Shown here piece by piece: positions 13,632 through 29,950 of a stretch of DNA of 64,000 bases. Position 1 is the first letter of the stretch, and each line of letters begins with the position of its first letter. The notes beneath the pieces are model-generated. The model was not told the DNA's origin. It was given only the letters and a program-made list of their open reading frames with translations, and did not search any database. The position numbers and the translations under genes are program-made. Source of the DNA: the human T2T-CHM13v2.0 reference genome, Homo sapiens; assembly GCF_009914755.1 (NCBI RefSeq), contig NC_060930.1. One strand, written 5' to 3'.

Positions 13632-14685
13632 AAAGCCATTTGTTCTTCAACAGGGGACTCCTGTACTCCAAGTAACACTTTCTGCTCCCAGAGCCACTTC
13701 CCTACCCCCTGCATACCCAAAATACTGGGGTGATATTTTAGATTTCCAGTCCTCCAGATACATAAGGACAAAAATGTGCAACCTTTTGCATCATATAACA
13801 AAGTTCTTTCTTTCTTCCCTAACAGATATCACACATGATGAAGTCTGATAGCTAGTGTCGGGTAGTTGACAGAAAAACAAACAAAAAGGTTTTTTTAAAT
13901 AAAAAAGCAAGCCTGTGGGTCTTCAGAATAAAATCACTTTGATTCAGCTATAAAAATATGACTTAGAAACATTGCAGTGAGCATTGCCAAATACAGCTCC
14001 TCTGCTACCGTCTGTCCTGGAGCTGCACACCTGTCCCTGTACCGCTGAGCCCACGCTGTAGGATCTTGGAATTGGGGCGTGGACTTGTTCATTGTGAGCA
14101 CACAGAATGTGGACATGATTCTGAATGTGTGGCTGTGTTGGAACTTGCCCAATCTATTTCAAGATGATAAATTACATACTTCCGGAAAGGCTATTCTGTT
14201 TTCCCCACAGAAGATCTTAACTACTCTTTGTCTTCTCCTTTTATAGAACTGAAAATTTAATTTTGTCTAAATGTGCTTTTCTTCATATTTACTTACATTC
14301 TCAGCATTACAGTATACTGTCTACAGAAACACAGTCCTAGTTTTTCATTTTAGGAAAAGGTGATTCATTATGGAACAAATCTTAATTTTAATATTACCAT
14401 GCTTTGGTAGAAGTCAGTGTTGGAAAACTCTAGAAAGTATTGCCTTGGAATAAAAATATCAGGTGGGGGAAGGAGCAAGGATAGCTGGGGGAGGGCTGAG
14501 CTTCTATTTCCTGATGAATTGAAGTTCACATATGGATGGGGTGAGATCATGGTGTAATACACAAAACTTGGGTCAAGAGGGTAGAAATTAAAGGTAGGAA
14601 AACATTTTAGAAGCCTCTGTTGCTGAAATATTTTTGCATTGTAGTGGATATTAATTATTCCGATGTTAATTATTCGCTAGGGGTC

Positions 14686-15048
14686 TGTGTTAGTCCATTT
14701 TCACACTACTGATAAAGACATACCCGAGACGGGGCAATTTACAAAAGAAAGAGGTTTAATGGACGTCGGGTTCCACGTGGCTGGGGAGGCCTCACAATTA
14801 TGGTGGAAGGCAAGGAGGATCAAGTCACGTCTTAAGTGGATGCCAGCAAGCAAAGAGAGAGAGCTTGTACAGGCTTTTTAAAACCATCAGATCTCGCGAG
14901 ACGTATTCACTATCACGAGAACAGCACGAGAAAGACCCGCCCCCATGATTCATTTACCTCCCACTGGGTCTCTCTCCCTTGACACGTGGGACCTGTGGGA
15001 GTTACTATTCAAGATGAGATTTGATGGGGACACAGCCAAACCGTATCA
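14686..15048 (-). mobile_element. THE1B/C MaLR solo LTR
   Basis: tgtgttagtccattttcacactactgataaagacatacccgagac...aaaccgtatca; perfect TSD gggtc. Confidence 0.93.
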
Positions 15049-15808
15049 GGGTCTTTCCTGGTTTTTACCCAGTGTGCTTCAAACAGTCATTGCTTTGCAG
15101 CCTACTTGCCTCGCCGGGGATTTGTTATCTCCTCTCATAGTGCTCTAACAATTTCCTTTTGTTCTCAGATCACTGCCCTTTCTCACCAGGGGAGGATTCA
15201 CTCACAGAAAGCAGGTAGTGGGCTGTCTTAGGTAAAGAAATACCCACTTCTGGTGAAAGCCAGGTGAGGAAGGCCAGTGGGAACAGACGGGAGAGAAGGA
15301 ACAAGCTCTCTGCTGGGAAGGTCACTGTTCCCAGGGAGGACTTATTTGGAGGCTGAAAGCCAGATAACTAAGAAAATTAAATGGTAGTTTCCAATCAGAG
15401 TAAAAAAGGATCCAAGGAAGGTGGGGATGAGTTTCTGGAAGTGGTTTTGGCAGAAGGCAGTTTCATCTTTCCATGCACTTGCACACAGGTAGAAATCTGC
15501 ATTTTTTCACCTGAGTTTTGCTCACTAATGTTCATAATATTAATACTTCGGGAGAAAAAGGAGACCCTTACGATGAGATTCACTAGAAAGCTGAGCAAGA
15601 CATGTATCCTGGAGTTGGCCACGGGTACCACTGCAGATGCTGGGCAATACAGTTTGTGTTGTGTAAATTATACACACTTGAGCTGGCAGGAACTAGGGCA
15701 GCACCTGGACCTGACAAAAAAGTCAATTGATAGATGACACATTTCCTCCTTTGTATGTTGGTGATCAATTCTAACTTTTTACAACCTAGTCAAATTGCTT
15801 ACAGCTGA

Positions 15809-16124
<316 letters not shown>

Positions 16125-17498
16125 GAAAAATATGTTTTGATTAATATTATGTAAGGTAAATAGGGGAAACGTTCACAAAGATGATTCATGCTAAACAAAT
16201 AAAACCAGAGCCACATCCATCAGCATAACGTAGTGCAATAAAATGTTATATATCAAAGTACGCATCTACTAAGTCCTATTCATCGGAGACAGCCACAGGT
16301 GATAGTGTATGGGCAGAGGTGCCACCAACCTAGCATGTCCTGCATGGGGGCTTTTCCCTTAGTCAATAAAGGCCAGTGACTAGGCGGTAGCTACCTCTTG
16401 AAGAGATGGGACTAGGGTTGCGGGGCGGGCTTTCCCACATAATCTCTTGTGGGATGTCAGAGATGATCTGGGTAAATCACGTGTTTATGCGTGAGTTATT
16501 TGCCTTGGTCAGGAAGGCTGCCTTTGAACTGACTAGAATAGAAAAATGACAGGTGTAAACTTGCCCTAAGTTACATTTCAGGTTGGTCTTCATACCAAAG
16601 CTTATGGAGAATTGGGATCTAAACTGTTACTGTGGTTGAATCCCTGACTTTCTCTTTTTTCCTCCTTTTTTGAGGAGGAAAATCAGAGATAACATTTTAG
16701 AATAAATAATTTATTATAGCTGAATTACTTAATACTGGCAATGAGAGCTTTGTGATATATATATTACATTATATAATAAATTACATATATTATTACATAT
16801 ATTACTTATATATACATAATATATAAACTATATGCCTATTATATATAATTTAAAGGAGGGAATGAATGTAGGTGTAGTAGTATGTCATCTTAGAATTTTT
16901 TGGGCTTTTCATCATTTTTATGAGGAAGTCAATTAACAACATCTTGAAATTGTTAAACACATTCAGTGAACAGAACTTGGCTTCAACTGTGAATTTTCAC
17001 CACAAGCTCTGCAACAAATTGTAGGGATGCTCTAAGGAGAGCCACAGCTACTCTCACGGTCAGAGCCCCCTAAGCACACACATACACACCAAGCTGATTC
17101 TGCCTGTCATTCTCATGACTATACGGTTTCCCACTGTAAATGTATATTCCTTTTATCACAACTGAGTTGAGTCATAGCCATCCTTTAAGGCACAGCGAAT
17201 GTATTACGCCCACCGTAAGTTCTGCCAACATTGTATCTACTCCTTCCCGTGAATGCACAGTCAATTAACACAACTGGGTAAGTATATCTAACTTACCAAG
17301 GGCAGAACTTAGAGCACAGACTGTATTTGCACCATGACATTAGATACTCGGTTATAGTCATCTTAACTCCAATTCTGCATATGAGGAAAAGAGACTCAGA
17401 AAAGCTGAGTGGCTTGACCGATATTGTAGAGCTTATTCATGGTGAAGATTCCAGGTGGTCTTGAAGTGCTCTTACCCCTTATGAAATTTCCCAGATGT

Positions 17499-17590
17499 GA
17501 GGCAGATGTTGCAGTGAGCTGAGATCATGCCACTGCACTCCAGCCTGGGAGACAGAGTGAGTCTCCATCTCAAAAAAAAAAAAAAAAAAA
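17499..17590 (+). mobile_element. Severely 5'-truncated Alu (3' ~70 bp + poly(A))
   Basis: gaggcagatgttgcagtgagctgagatc...ctc(A)19; TSD aaat(t)tcccagatgt on both sides. Confidence 0.9.
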
Positions 17591-18524
17591 TTCCCAGATG
17601 TTTGAGGAGGAAGAAGCATAGCAAGTGCTTCTCCACCTCTGTTTATTTTTTCTGTCTGATCCAGGTCTGGGTGGCTAGTGGTTGAGAAACCACAGGATAG
17701 TGGTTTCTCCTGTCAGTGAATAGGAATCTTCATTAGGCAAAAAACAACACTTGGGCGAAAATGAAAAAAAACCCAAGTATGTGTTGAATGCAAAGAGTAT
17801 GTTTACTTGTAGCAACATTATAGAATATATTGTGTAATGCAAACATACACAATGCCTTCTAAGACTGTGAAAGCATTTTTTATTAGTCAGTGTTCTGTAG
17901 AGGCACAGAACTAATAGGCTAGATGTATATATGAAGGGAGTTTATTAAGGAGTATTGACTCACACGATCACAAGGTGAAGTGCCACAGCAGGCCATCTGC
18001 AAGCTGAGGAACAGGGAAGCCAATCCAAGTCCCAAAACCTCAGAAGTAAGGAAGCCTACAGTACAGCCTTCAGTCTGTGGCCAAAGGCCTGAGAGCCCCT
18101 GGAAAATCACTGATGTAACAAGAGTCCAAAAGCTGAAGAACTTGGGTCTGATGTTCGAGGGCAGGAAGTATTCAGCATGGGAGAAAGATGGAGAAAGCTG
18201 ATTTGATGGTGCCCACCCAGATAGAGGGTGGGTCTGCCTCTCCAGTCCACTGACTCAAATGGCAACACCCTCACAGACATACCCAGGAACAACATTTGCA
18301 TCTTTCTTTTTTTTTTTTTTAATTATACTTTAAGTTCTAGGGTACATGTGCACAATGTGCAGGTTTGTTACATATGTATTCATGTGCTATATTGGTGCGC
18401 TGCACCCATTAACTCGTCATTTACATTAGGTATATCTCCTAATGCTATCCCTCCCCCCTTGCCCCACCCCACAACAGGCCCGGGCGTGTGATGTTCCCCA
18501 CCCTGTGTCCATGTGTTCTCATTG

Positions 18525-22350
<3,826 letters not shown>

Positions 22351-22413
22351 TATCGTGTTAGCTGCTTATTTGGCTTGTTAGTTGATGCAGTTTCTTTCTA
22401 GCATCGATGGTCT

Positions 22414-23437
22414 TTACAATTTGGCATGTTTTTGCAGTGGCTGGTACTGGTTGTTCCTTTCCATGTTTAGGGCTTCCTTCGGGAGCTCTTTTAGGGCAGG
22501 CCTGGTGGTGACAAAATCTCTCAGCATTTGCTTGTCTGTAAAGAATTTTATTTCTCCTTCACTTATGAAGCTTAGTTTGGCTGGATGTGAAATTCTGGGT
22601 TGAAAATTCTCTTCTTTAAGAATGTTGAATATTGGCCCCCACTCTCTTCTGGCTTGTAGAGTTTCTGCCAAGAGACCAGCTGTTAGTCTGATGGGCTTCC
22701 CTTTGTGGGTAACCTGACCTTTCTCTCTGGCGCCCTTAACATTTTTTCCTTCATTTCAACTTTGGTGAATCTGACAATTAGGTGTCTTGGAGTTGCTCTT
22801 CTCGAGGAGTATCTTTGTGGCATTCCCTCTATTTCCTGAATTTGAATGTTGGCCTGCCTTGCTAGGTTGGGGAAGTTCTCCTGGATAATATCCTGCAGAG
22901 TGTTTTCCAACTTGGTTCCATTCTCCCCGTCACTTTCAGGTACACCAATCAGACGTAGATTTGGTCTTTTCATATAGTCCCATATTTCTTGGAGGCTTTG
23001 TTCGTTTATTTTTACTCTTTTTTCTCTAAACTTCTCTTCTTGCTTCTTTTCATTCATTTGATCTTCAATCACTTATACCCTTTCTTCCACTTGATCGAAT
23101 TGGCTACTGAAGCTTGTGCATGCATCACGTAGTTCTCATGCCATGGTTTTCAGCTCCATCAGGTTATTTAAGGTCTTCTCTATGCTGTTTATTCTAGTTA
23201 GCCATTTGTCTAATCTTTTTTCAAGGTTTTTAGCTTCTTTGCGATGGGTTCGAGCATCCTCCTTTAGCTCGGAGAAGTTTGTTATTACTGATCGTCTGAA
23301 GCCTTCTTCTCTCAACTCGCCAAAGTCATTCTCCGTCCAGCTTTGTTCCGTTGCTACCAAGGAGCTGCATTCCTCTGGAGGAGAAGAGGCACTCTATTTT
23401 TAGAATTTTTGGCTTTTCTGCTCTGGTTTCTCCCCAT
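22414..23437 (-). pseudogene. L1 ORF1p (RNA-binding chaperone), broken by frameshifts
   Basis: ATG at 23437; track ORFs 23136-23360, 22683-23072 and 22414-22671 carry ORF1p motifs (QEIWDYMKRPNLRLIGVPE; ARREWGPIFNILKE). Confidence 0.95.
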
Positions 23438-23990
23438 CTTTGTGGTTTTATCTACCTTTGGTCTTTGATGATGGTGACATACAGATGGGGTTTTGGTGTG
23501 GATGTCCTTTCTGTTTGTTAGTTTTCCTTCTAACAGTCAGGACCCTCAGCTGCAGGTCACTCCAGACCCTGTTTGCCTGGGTATCACCATCGGAGGCTGC
23601 AGAACAGCAAATATTGCAGAACGGCAAATGTTCCTGCCTGATCCTTCTTCTGGAAGCTTTGTCTCAGAGGGGTACCCGGCCGTATGAGGTGTCAGTTGGC
23701 CTCTACTGGGAGGTGTCTCCCAGTTAGGCTACTCGGGGGTCAGGGACCAACTTAAGGAGGCAGTCTGTCTGTTCTCAGATCTCAAACTCCATGCTGGGAG
23801 AACCACTACTCTCTTCAAAGCTGTCAGACAGGGACGTTTAAGTCTGCAGAGGTTTCTGCTGCCTTTTGTTCAGCTGTGCCCTGCCCCCAGAGGTGGAGTC
23901 TACAGAGGCAGGCAGGCCTCCTTGAGCTGCGGTGGGCTCCACCCAGTTTGAGCTTCCTGGCCACTTTGTTTACCTACTCAAGCCTCAGCA

Positions 23991-24065
23991 ATGGCAAGCG
24001 CCCCTCCCCCAGCCTGGCTGCCACCTCGCAGTTCGATCTCATACTGCTGTGCTAGCAGCGAGTGA
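23991..24065 (+). pseudogene. L1 antisense ORF0, truncated at codon 25
   Basis: Hand translation MASAPPPAWLPPRSSISYCCASSE* resembles recalled ORF0 N-terminus MAGAPPPASLPPCSLISDCCASNQR; TGA at 24063-24065 is a likely CGA>TGA change. Confidence 0.8.
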
Positions 24066-25453
24066 GGCTCCATGGGCGTGGGACCCTCCGAGCCAGGCGT
24101 GGGATGTAATCTCCTGGTGTGCCATTTGCTAAGACCATTGGAAAATCGCAGTATTAGGGTGGGAGTGACCTGATTTTCCAGGTGCCATGCGTCACAGCTT
24201 CCCTTGGCTAGGAAAGGGAATTCCCTGACCCCTTGCACTTCCCGGGTGAGGCGATGCCCCGCCCTGCTTCGGCTCATGCTCCATGGGCTGCATCCACTGT
24301 CCGACAAGCCCCAGTGAGATGAATCTGGTACCTCAGTTGGAAATGCAGAAATCACCCGTCTCTGTATTGCTCACTCTGGGAGCTGTAGACTGGAACCGTT
24401 CCTATTCATCCATCTTGGAACTTCCAACACTTTGCATCTTTCAATCCAATCAAGTTGACGCTCAATATTAACCCTCACCGGAATGTTATGTGTTGAGGCA
24501 ATAATTAATAGTTATCCTTGGTTGTTTCAGAAAATGTCATGATTAATAGTTATAGTAAAGGGAGGAATTGTAACTTGACAAAATAGTTTGGTCTAGTGTC
24601 CAGTTTACAGGGCATTGAGATGGTTTTCTGGTTTCCCTTGTTTTGCCCTCAGTACACAATGCTCAGTATTCAGAAAGGCTGATGTCTATTTTCTCCACAA
24701 GTGCTAATAAAAATTTTTAAAATGTGGTGTGCATTATTTATATAGTTGTTTTATTCATAAAAGATTTAAAATCTAGGTAAGCTAACTCAAAATGCGACTT
24801 TGTACTCTGCGATTTTTAGGCCTAGAAGTGGTCATGACTGTGAACATTATGTTGGCTTGGAACCTTTAAAAGTTCATTTGGTCTGTACTGCAGGTGGCAT
24901 TTGGATGAAAGCACAGGTGGTACATACAGTACTTCGATGACTCCATCTGTTTGGTGTGGCATGTTTAAGAATGACTTCTGTTAAAGGGATTTGACTTGAA
25001 ATGCAAGCCCTCTTTCCTGGCGTGTTGGTCATTTTTGTGACATTAGTGGTGGAAAAGAAGCTCAAAATGGTCTCTGGAGTGGAGTAACAGCAGGGCTTAC
25101 TTTTGAAATTGTCTTTCAAATGCCCTTTTGGGCATGGGGTCACCGTGTTTAAAGCTTTTGAAAGACTCCCCACAGAAATGAATCAAGTGTTGCATTTTCA
25201 GTGTGGTGTCCAATTTTGTGATCAGAGGTACTGTAGAGGAAAGTCGGGTGTTTTCTTAAATTCCTTTTTCTTTTTGGAAAAGTCATTTACTTATTACGTT
25301 TAATATAAAGAATGTTTTAAAAAGAGAGAGAGAGAGAGAGAAAACACCTGGTTGTTAGACAAGCTGGCTCCATGCCAAAGTGAAATGAAACATACAGCAA
25401 TCAAATGTCATTAGCATCCAGGTCCGGCATTGACCCATTCTTTCCTTGCTGAA

Positions 25454-25455
<2 letters not shown>

Positions 25456-25497
<42 letters not shown>
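25456..25497. repeat. (TG)21 microsatellite
   Basis: Direct read; a (GA)n run also lies at ~25323-25341. Confidence 0.98.
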
Positions 25498-25499
<2 letters not shown>

Positions 25500-25924
25500 A
25501 ATTCAGAGAAGAGGCAAATTAATGTGGCTTAGAGTGTTGAAAAATGGACTTAAGAAAGAAAATGGGGATAGGAATGGCTAAAATTTGGATAGGTGGAAAG
25601 ATGGGATAAAAACACTCCAGGTGAGGAAACAAACTTTTGTTAACTTGACTTTGAATATTTTGGGGACTATGCATGGAATGTATGTCTGAGGCTTTTAAAT
25701 TGAGAAAGCATGCTTCGTTAGACAATTATCTCTTACATGTATGCACAGCCTTATGTGACATTATTTATATAACTTTAGAATATATGTGTGTGTATGTATA
25801 TGTATATGTGTGTGTATGTATATATATATACAAATACATATACATATTGGGGAAAGAAAGAATTAATTAGACTTTAAATTCTTCCCTGCTTTTTTCCATG
25901 ACAATATTGATTATTTTATAATCA

Positions 25925-25983
25925 ATATTTAGTGATAACTAAATATATTTAGTGATAACTAAATAAATTTAGTGATAACTAAA
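25925..25983. repeat. 3 x 20-bp tandem repeat at(a)tttagtgataactaaat
   Basis: Three near-identical units, each with TGATAA inside tttag...ctaaa arms. Confidence 0.95.
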
Positions 25984-27067
25984 AAATGAAATAACATAGT
26001 TTAGAAAACCTACGATGAGCTCCCAAACCTTATTTCTCTCGTTTATTTATTTGAAAGACATTTTTCAAAATCTGCCCCTTTATTAAATTGCTGATGTTAT
26101 ACAGACAGAAAAAACCAGTAGTCGGGGGTAGATCTGCAAAATAAGGAAGTCAACTATGGGCTGTGGAAACCGGCTCTTCCAAATCTGTGCTGCCCCTACC
26201 ATTGGCTAGTTGTCCCTTCCTGGGGAAATTTTTTGACCCCTTGAGGGTTGTTTCCTCGTCTACAAGATGCGAAAACAACATCCACCTGAAGATTGAATGA
26301 GAGCACTACCTAGTGAGTTGCCTAATGAACAACTCATGATAGACATAATAAATGCCAGTTGCATTCTATTTTCCTGTACCTCAGAAAAATATCAAGGCTT
26401 CCCTACCTAAACATTCATTTTCCACTGCTTCATATCTCTATTAGCTAGTATAACTTCATTCTCTCTTTCCAGCTTTCATCAGCACAATTTCATTATAATA
26501 TTAATTTCTCATTTATAACCCCGTGTTATTGTTTTTATACTCCTTACAAGTTGTTTTTGCTTCAATGCCTCTTTGTACTATCATGAAATATATTTCCTCC
26601 ATTGCTGAGTGATCTCTTCAATTATTCTCTGTTACATGTACCTTCCTTTGATTTATCTTTTTACGACCTCCACAAGGCATTTTTTTTTCTTTAGGTTTGT
26701 AATGGCTTTGCTTGATTCTGAAACGGTCATGGCCTCGAGGGCAACCAGAGTCTTGTTCTTACTGCCTGCTCTATGGCTTCTCTAGTAAAACCTCAGCTGT
26801 GAAAGCAAGTATCTTTCACTTCTCCTATGCTCAACTAACTTCAGTCTTTGTGTCCTGAGATCAGACAATCTCACATCCACGTAACCCCAGGTCCTACCAC
26901 TGCACTGGGCATAAACCAACACATTTGCCTGCTAGTCACAGTAGAGAAAAATCTGTGAAACCTTTGTCATTTGGCAGGCACAAAGTCATTCTTGAGAGAA
27001 AAACCCAGTTTGCATTAATCAAACAGCTTTCCCTTCCCATTTCTACCTTTCTTTGAGGCATTGTTGA

Positions 27068-27070
<3 letters not shown>

Positions 27071-27114
<44 letters not shown>
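27071..27114. repeat. (CA)22 microsatellite
   Basis: Direct read. Confidence 0.98.
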
Positions 27115-27119
<5 letters not shown>

Positions 27120-27264
27120 GTACGTATGTATGTATTTTTGAAAGCCATTTTATTTGTAAAATTCTGTGCTATAGCACCGACTCTTTATAAAGAGTCATAC
27201 CCATGTTAAAATGTCTTCTTGATATCATTAATATCCTTCTTCTTGATATTTATTATTCATACTT

Positions 27265-27602
27265 TGATATGGTTTGGCTGTGTCCCCATCCAAATCTCAT
27301 CTTGAGATTGGGTGGGATGGAGCTGGTGAGAGATAATTGAATCCTGGGGGCAGTTTCCCCCATACTGTTCTCGTGGTAGTGAATAAGTCTCGTGAGATCT
27401 GATGGTTTGATAAGGGGAAACCCCTTTCGCTTGGCTCTCATTCTCTCATCTGCCACCATGTAAGATGTGCCTTTCACCTTCCGCCCTGATTGTGAGGCCT
27501 CCCCAGCCACGTGGAACTGTGAGTCTATTAAACCTCTTTTTCTTTATAAATTATCCAGTCTCAGGTATGTCTTTATCAGCACCATGAGAACAGACTAATA
27601 CA
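27265..27602 (+). mobile_element. THE1B-like MaLR solo LTR (sense to UST)
   Basis: tgatatggtttggctgtgtcccc...gactaataca; TSD tactt/cactt. Confidence 0.93.
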
Positions 27603-29884
27603 CACTTGTTTGTAGGATTGAAATCTACATGATAAATAAGGTGATTTTTAAAAGATGAGCAGTTTGCTGTGCTTGTTGCTGTAAGGGATCTTCAGGGAGT
27701 CCCTGAATCTGAGAATTGGAAGTAAGGTTGGAAGATCATCCTGTGCCTCCCTCCATCCAACACAGTAATCTTCTTAATGTCTCAGTCAGAGGCTGTTCAT
27801 CACTGATGAGCCTGCCACTGATGAGCAGTCCTGGCATCATCACTTCCTCTGCAAAGGACACTGTGATCTGAGGCCCCACTCCATGTCAGGCCACTCCTTA
27901 GACAAAAGCTCTGTCTTCTGATGAGCTTCTGCTCCCTTTTGCACCATGATAATGACTTTATTTTTAGTAAGGATAGACTCACTCAATTGATGTTTTCTGC
28001 TGTTGGGGAAAAATTGTTTTATTAAGAAGCATTTTCCAACAAGTAAGTTGATGTTAAGTAGGCTTGGATATATTTGGAATTCACGAATGTGTTTTCTCCA
28101 TTAGTTCCCTGAAAACCAGAAAACTTGACGTTTGTTTTAATGCAAAGATGAACTCTGGTTTTGTCCAACAGAGCTAGTGCTGGCCTTTGCTTTCAAGCCC
28201 TGTAATCTGCATCAACCCTCAAATTCAGTGATTCAAAAGTGAGTGACTCACTTCGTCTTTGAAAAGACCGTGAATATTTCTAGATTTATGAGCAATTCAA
28301 AACAGCCAGGCTTTTAGAAGGGATTTCCCAACTCATTTTGTTGAAAGGTAGGACTAAGACTTCTCTAGAAAAGAAACCGATCTACTAAGTACTAAAGAGT
28401 ATTTATGAGCCACGGTAGACTTTATTTTTCAGAATCATACTACAAGTGTAGGAATACCCAAACCCTGCCAGGGTTTTGAAAATTACATTAATTTATGCCC
28501 AGGTATAACCCCCCCATCATAAATCCTGAAAAATGTGCAGGAAGACTGTGACAGGCCATTCTAAGAGCGTAACAAGGGCTACATCTTTCAGCACCAGACT
28601 GATGTTTATGTATGTGACTACTTGGAAGATGTTTTACTTAATGTACCATGTTCTTAAATTGGCTCTATTTTAAATATAATCGTAAGAGTTACACTTTATG
28701 TTTGTATGCCAGGTAGTTTATAAATGATGATTTTAACCACTCCCCGTTTCACACCACCCCAGCCTTATGAGGTAAGTTTTATTCTTCCTGCTTTACCTCT
28801 AGGGAAACTAAAACTCAGAAACTGCAAGACCTTGCCAAGGTTACGTCCAATAAGTAGATCACTACCTTGGGCTGTTGGCTGCCATACTCACATTCTTCCC
28901 CTGCATTCTTTCCCTTGTGCCTTCAGCCTATCTTTGGAAAGGAATTTCTGATGTTAAGGCACCTATTTGTTTGGCTTTGGTGTAGTTTTGTTTTTTGGTG
29001 TTGTGTTTATCTGTGCATAGAGTAACATATGGAGGTCTGGGAATCCTTGTTTATCTTCCAAAATTATAGTTCTGTGAACCACAAAATTTCACGTAAATCC
29101 TATTAAAGCTGATGTGAAATAGAACTAGAGAGATGATAGGAAAAGGAGAGTGATGAATTTATTAAAGCTTACTCCCTTTTAATAGACACCATCAGGCTCA
29201 TGTGTTAGGTTGCTAGTTAATTTTGTGAGGATTACCTTTCCAAATGACTTCAATAATTTCCACTGCTCTATTCAAAACCTTATTTTACATTTGAAGGCCT
29301 AATAAAGAAGAAACTATGATCCTTTCCTTGTGTTACTTGAAAGTTTATAGGAAAGCATAATCCCAGATGGGATGGTTCTATCTGTCCCACAACATCTGTA
29401 TAAGACCGACGCTGGCATCAAACGCATTTCATCCACACACGCTTCCTAAATCAGCATCAGCATTTATGAGCAACTCTTCAAGTCTCTTGTTCACATGCAT
29501 GTCATTTTAATGCAGTTTATTTGAAACATCCGGTAGAATGTTCCTTCTTACCCGTTTCCCTAAAGCATGAGAAGAATTGGCAAGTGATGAGTCATTTCTC
29601 TGTCAAACATAGGATTGATGCATTTAGAATGTGGAAGACACAGTCATGACCAGTCACACCAGGCCATGGGCCAGAAACCCATCAAACAGGAGGCAGAGCT
29701 GGAAGCACAATTTTATTTTACCCATTTAAAATTATGTGTGCATTGACACCAACCTTCATGCACGTGACCCATAACCCAGCAAGAATTATTTCATTCATAG
29801 AAAGTCACCAAGGCCTACTTAGTCCTCACAGACTACTTCTATTGGATTCTGGGTTTAGCTTTCCCCCAGCTTCACAGTGGTAAT

Positions 29885-29888
<4 letters not shown>

Positions 29889-29948
<60 letters not shown>
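29889..29948. repeat. (CA)30 microsatellite
   Basis: Direct read, uninterrupted. Confidence 0.98.
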
Positions 29949-29950
<2 letters not shown>

